Source: Gammaproteobacteria bacterium (lineage in GTDB: Bacteria; Pseudomonadota; Gammaproteobacteria; Acidiferrobacterales; SZUA-150). From it: 44,780 nt of DNA. Below are positions 42,507-44,780 of this stretch, one piece after another. Every line of letters starts with the position of its first letter. The first letter of the stretch is position 1. The notes beneath the pieces are model-generated. The model ran no database searches. It was not told the origin of the DNA and was given only the letters and a program-made list of their open reading frames with translations. Location: assembly GCA_029880755.1 (NCBI GenBank), contig JAOUNW010000003.1:1-44780 (forward strand). The letters are read 5' to 3'. The translations under genes and the position numbers were made by a program.

Positions 42507-42817
42507 TCAATAAAAGAGCAGCAATAGTCGGTCACGCCGTTCGACTTAATCTGAAACGAGGCATTGGCCGCCACCTCAAAGGTGTCACCCGCCCCAAAGC
42601 GGCGCCACGTGCTCTCTCCGGGCAATAATACCTCCACTTCTCCCGACTGAATTTCCATCAGTTCCTTCTTGCCGGTATCAAAGGTGTATTCACCCGGCAG
42701 CATGATACCGAGTGTTTTCTTTTCGCCATTAACAAACTGGATGGTGCGGCTGGTGACGCCGCCGTCGAAATAGATATTGGCCTTTTTAACGACGGTCACA
42801 TTATTAAACTCACTCAT
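42503..42817 (-). CDS. ppnP: Pyrimidine/purine nucleoside phosphorylase (DUF1255)
   Basis: [31 protein letters not shown]. Confidence 0.9.
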
Positions 42818-42917
42818 TATTGTCTTCTCACGTTATTAACAGAAATTAGTACATTGTGAAATACAGCATCCACTATCCCTTCCTTATCGCTTTGCCAATG
42901 TCTTCCAATGGCCCCTA

Positions 42918-43664
42918 CTACTCTATTCTCAGCGTCAGGTTTACATTGGAAATATAGGTCAGTTCGCCAAAGCTCTGTCCGGCGCCACCCATGGAGTCTT
43001 CCATCTCGTAACTGGCGGACATGGCTTTTAGCTTGGCTTCGCGCAAGCGGTGCTGTGGCGCAGCCTGTATCACCTGCTCCGACAAATTCACCAGCTTCAG
43101 ACGAATGTTGAGTGTCTTTTCATAGACCGCCTTTTTGGCATTAGCGTTTTCTATGGCCTTTTGCAGGGCGCTGTTTTCGTATTTCTGCTTGTCCGATTGT
43201 TCAAAGCGAGTGCTCACTAACGATACGCTGGCATACTCATCCACCAGACTGGATGCGGCTTCCAGTTCCTCGCCGGTATGAATCTCGATAGACACGATAT
43301 TATTCACTTTGTAATTGTTGGGCTTGTCGCCAAAGAATCCGTACTCCGGCGTGGAGGAAAACTTGGAGTCTTTAATGTATTCGGGCTTGATACCCTTCTG
43401 CTTCAGCACGTTCCGGATGGTGTTACGCACTTCTTTATTCTTTTTAATCGCGCCACTGAGCTTGCTGTCTTCCGTCTTAACCACCAATGTAATCACGGCC
43501 TTATCGGCATTTGCCTTGATCTCGCCATAGCCCGAAATAAACACCTTCTCCGGTACCCCGGAAAGATAACTGCTTAGCTCGCCCGGGGTGCCTTTTAGCT
43601 CCGGCTCGGCAACACTGGCAGCGCTGTAAGCCGCCAGAAAAATGAGAAATAAACGGTGCTTCAT
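42918..43664 (-). CDS. SIMPL (DUF541) domain exported protein
   Basis: Signal peptide; ISGYGEIKANADKA, YKVNNIVSI, ALQKAIENANAK. Confidence 0.8.
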   Translation of the reverse strand: MKHRLFLIFLAAYSAASVAEPELKGTPGELSSYLSGVPEKVFISGYGEIKANADKAVITLVVKTEDSKLSGAIKKNKEVRNTIRNVLKQKGIKPEYIKDSKFSSTPEYGFFGDKPNNYKVNNIVSIEIHTGEELEAASSLVDEYASVSLVSTRFEQSDKQKYENSALQKAIENANAKKAVYEKTLNIRLKLVNLSEQVIQAAPQHRLREAKLKAMSASYEMEDSMGGAGQSFGELTYISNVNLTLRIE

Positions 43665-43915
43665 GATTGTGCTTGCCCTCTATGAATAAACATTCGTTAG
43701 CGGCCTACTTTACTGTCCGCCGGTGGCGGTTACCAGCCGGTATCACCCAGGCCAGACAAAACCCCTCTGTTTACAGGTTATGTTAATTAAGTATTTCGTT
43801 ACATTCTTATGTACCAATATAGAAAAGTTCTATCACGGTAGCCTTAAAACCGATTACGCCTCGACTACACTTGGATCAAGTGGCACAAAACGCCAATTAA
43901 TATGAGGTAAGAATC

Positions 43916-44137
43916 ATGAAACTACATCAATCATTCGACATGGTCACAGGCATGCTCCACGGCATTGTAGGCCTTGGTATGAGCCTGGCAGTCACCTTCC
44001 TGGTCGTTGACCTGTTGTTCCCCGGCACCACCAACATTGTTAACAATGTGGCCGCCATGGTGAACAGCTTTATTGGTCATGGGTTGGTCGGCATGATCGC
44101 ATTGCTGGTGTTCATTTCTCTTTACCGCGACAAATAA
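43916..44137 (+). CDS. Small membrane protein, paralog 1
   Basis: 73 aa, GAGG RBS, DLLFPG...GLVGMIALLVF. Confidence 0.75.
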   Translation: MKLHQSFDMVTGMLHGIVGLGMSLAVTFLVVDLLFPGTTNIVNNVAAMVNSFIGHGLVGMIALLVFISLYRDK

Positions 44138-44182
44138 TTTCTCGCTAACTTAATAGTCAAAAAAGAGAAAGGAGACACTCAA

Positions 44183-44437
44183 ATGGCCAAAGCAACCGAA
44201 AAGCTATCCTTCAAGGATACGCTTAACCAGGTCACTGACTGGCTGCGTTATCTAACGGAGTTTGGCTTTGCACTGATCCTTGCTTTCGTAATGATCGACA
44301 TCCTGTTCCCGGGCGCCACCGGCGTGGTCAAAAATCTCGGGGTGGTAGTTGGTCAGTTCTCGAAAGAAGGACTGTCGGGCCTGATCGCCCTGCTGCTGTT
44401 CCTGGTCTTGTTCCGCAGCAAGCAATTACCCAAGTGA
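44183..44437 (+). CDS. Small membrane protein, paralog 2
   Basis: 84 aa, AAGGAG RBS, DILFPG...GLSGLIALLLF. Confidence 0.8.
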   Translation: MAKATEKLSFKDTLNQVTDWLRYLTEFGFALILAFVMIDILFPGATGVVKNLGVVVGQFSKEGLSGLIALLLFLVLFRSKQLPK

Positions 44438-44463
44438 CTGTAATTGACTGGCGAAAGCCAATA

Positions 44464-44494
44464 AAAACGGGCCCAAACGGGCCCGTTTTCTTTT
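44464..44494 (+). terminator. Intrinsic terminator (bidirectional form)
   Basis: AAAACGGGCCC-AAAC-GGGCCCGTTTT-CTTTT. Confidence 0.85.
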
Positions 44495-44780
44495 GGGATT
44501 GATCCTAACCCATGGGCTGGTTTTATTACGCCAATACGCGGCATCTCCAACCAGTCGTTTGTAATAATTGAGACCATTCTATCTATCACAATAAGCATTT
44601 ACTTATACAGTTATCACTTTTCCCTTAAAAATAAGGACATCGAGGTGTAATATTTGAGACTGGTCACAAACAAATGCAGACCGTTCTATATAATCAACTG
44701 TTGCAGCCGACGAACGAACCAAAAGAATATTCTTAATGCAATTGAAAGAAGTTGATAAAAAATGAAATCGATGATACTAA

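Noticed and set aside
44495-44780. Gene or ncRNA at the window end
   Set aside because: AT-rich with no convincing ORF or structure; probably the promoter region of the next gene

Overview
Gene-dense chromosomal window, probably from a Gammaproteobacterium. A halotolerant sulfur-oxidising chemolithotroph is inferred from the E1alpha/E1beta plus fused E2-E3 pyruvate dehydrogenase, a YeiH-type exporter, a TtrS/ThsS-like sensor domain and de novo glycine-betaine genes. In order: tail of a Gfo/Idh/MocA oxidoreductase and a DegT aminotransferase; rnfB-like, nth and a FIST gene; an MNIO (DUF692) RiPP operon (secreted EGxCG-repeat precursor, MNIO, DUF2063, DoxX) running directly into an ArsS-type radical SAM gene, which converges on its usual TIGR04282/TIGR04283 transferase partners and gloA; a periplasmic-sensor PAS-GGDEF-EAL protein; argG; pdhA-pdhB-pdhC(E2-E3); a short PuuD-like gene, argD, argF, a FimX-like protein, an Atm1 ABC transporter, glnS; chrA divergent from YeiH, an unannotated 40-aa ORF, a USP and a hypothetical gene; two flavoproteins, a 2OG-Fe(II) oxygenase, a REP cluster, YkvA; a GSMT-SDMT-BCCT operon behind a long structured leader; ppnP, a SIMPL protein and two paralogous small membrane proteins. 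No rRNA, tRNA, CRISPR array or transposase was seen. All calls come from motif recognition by eye; no searches or folding programs were run.
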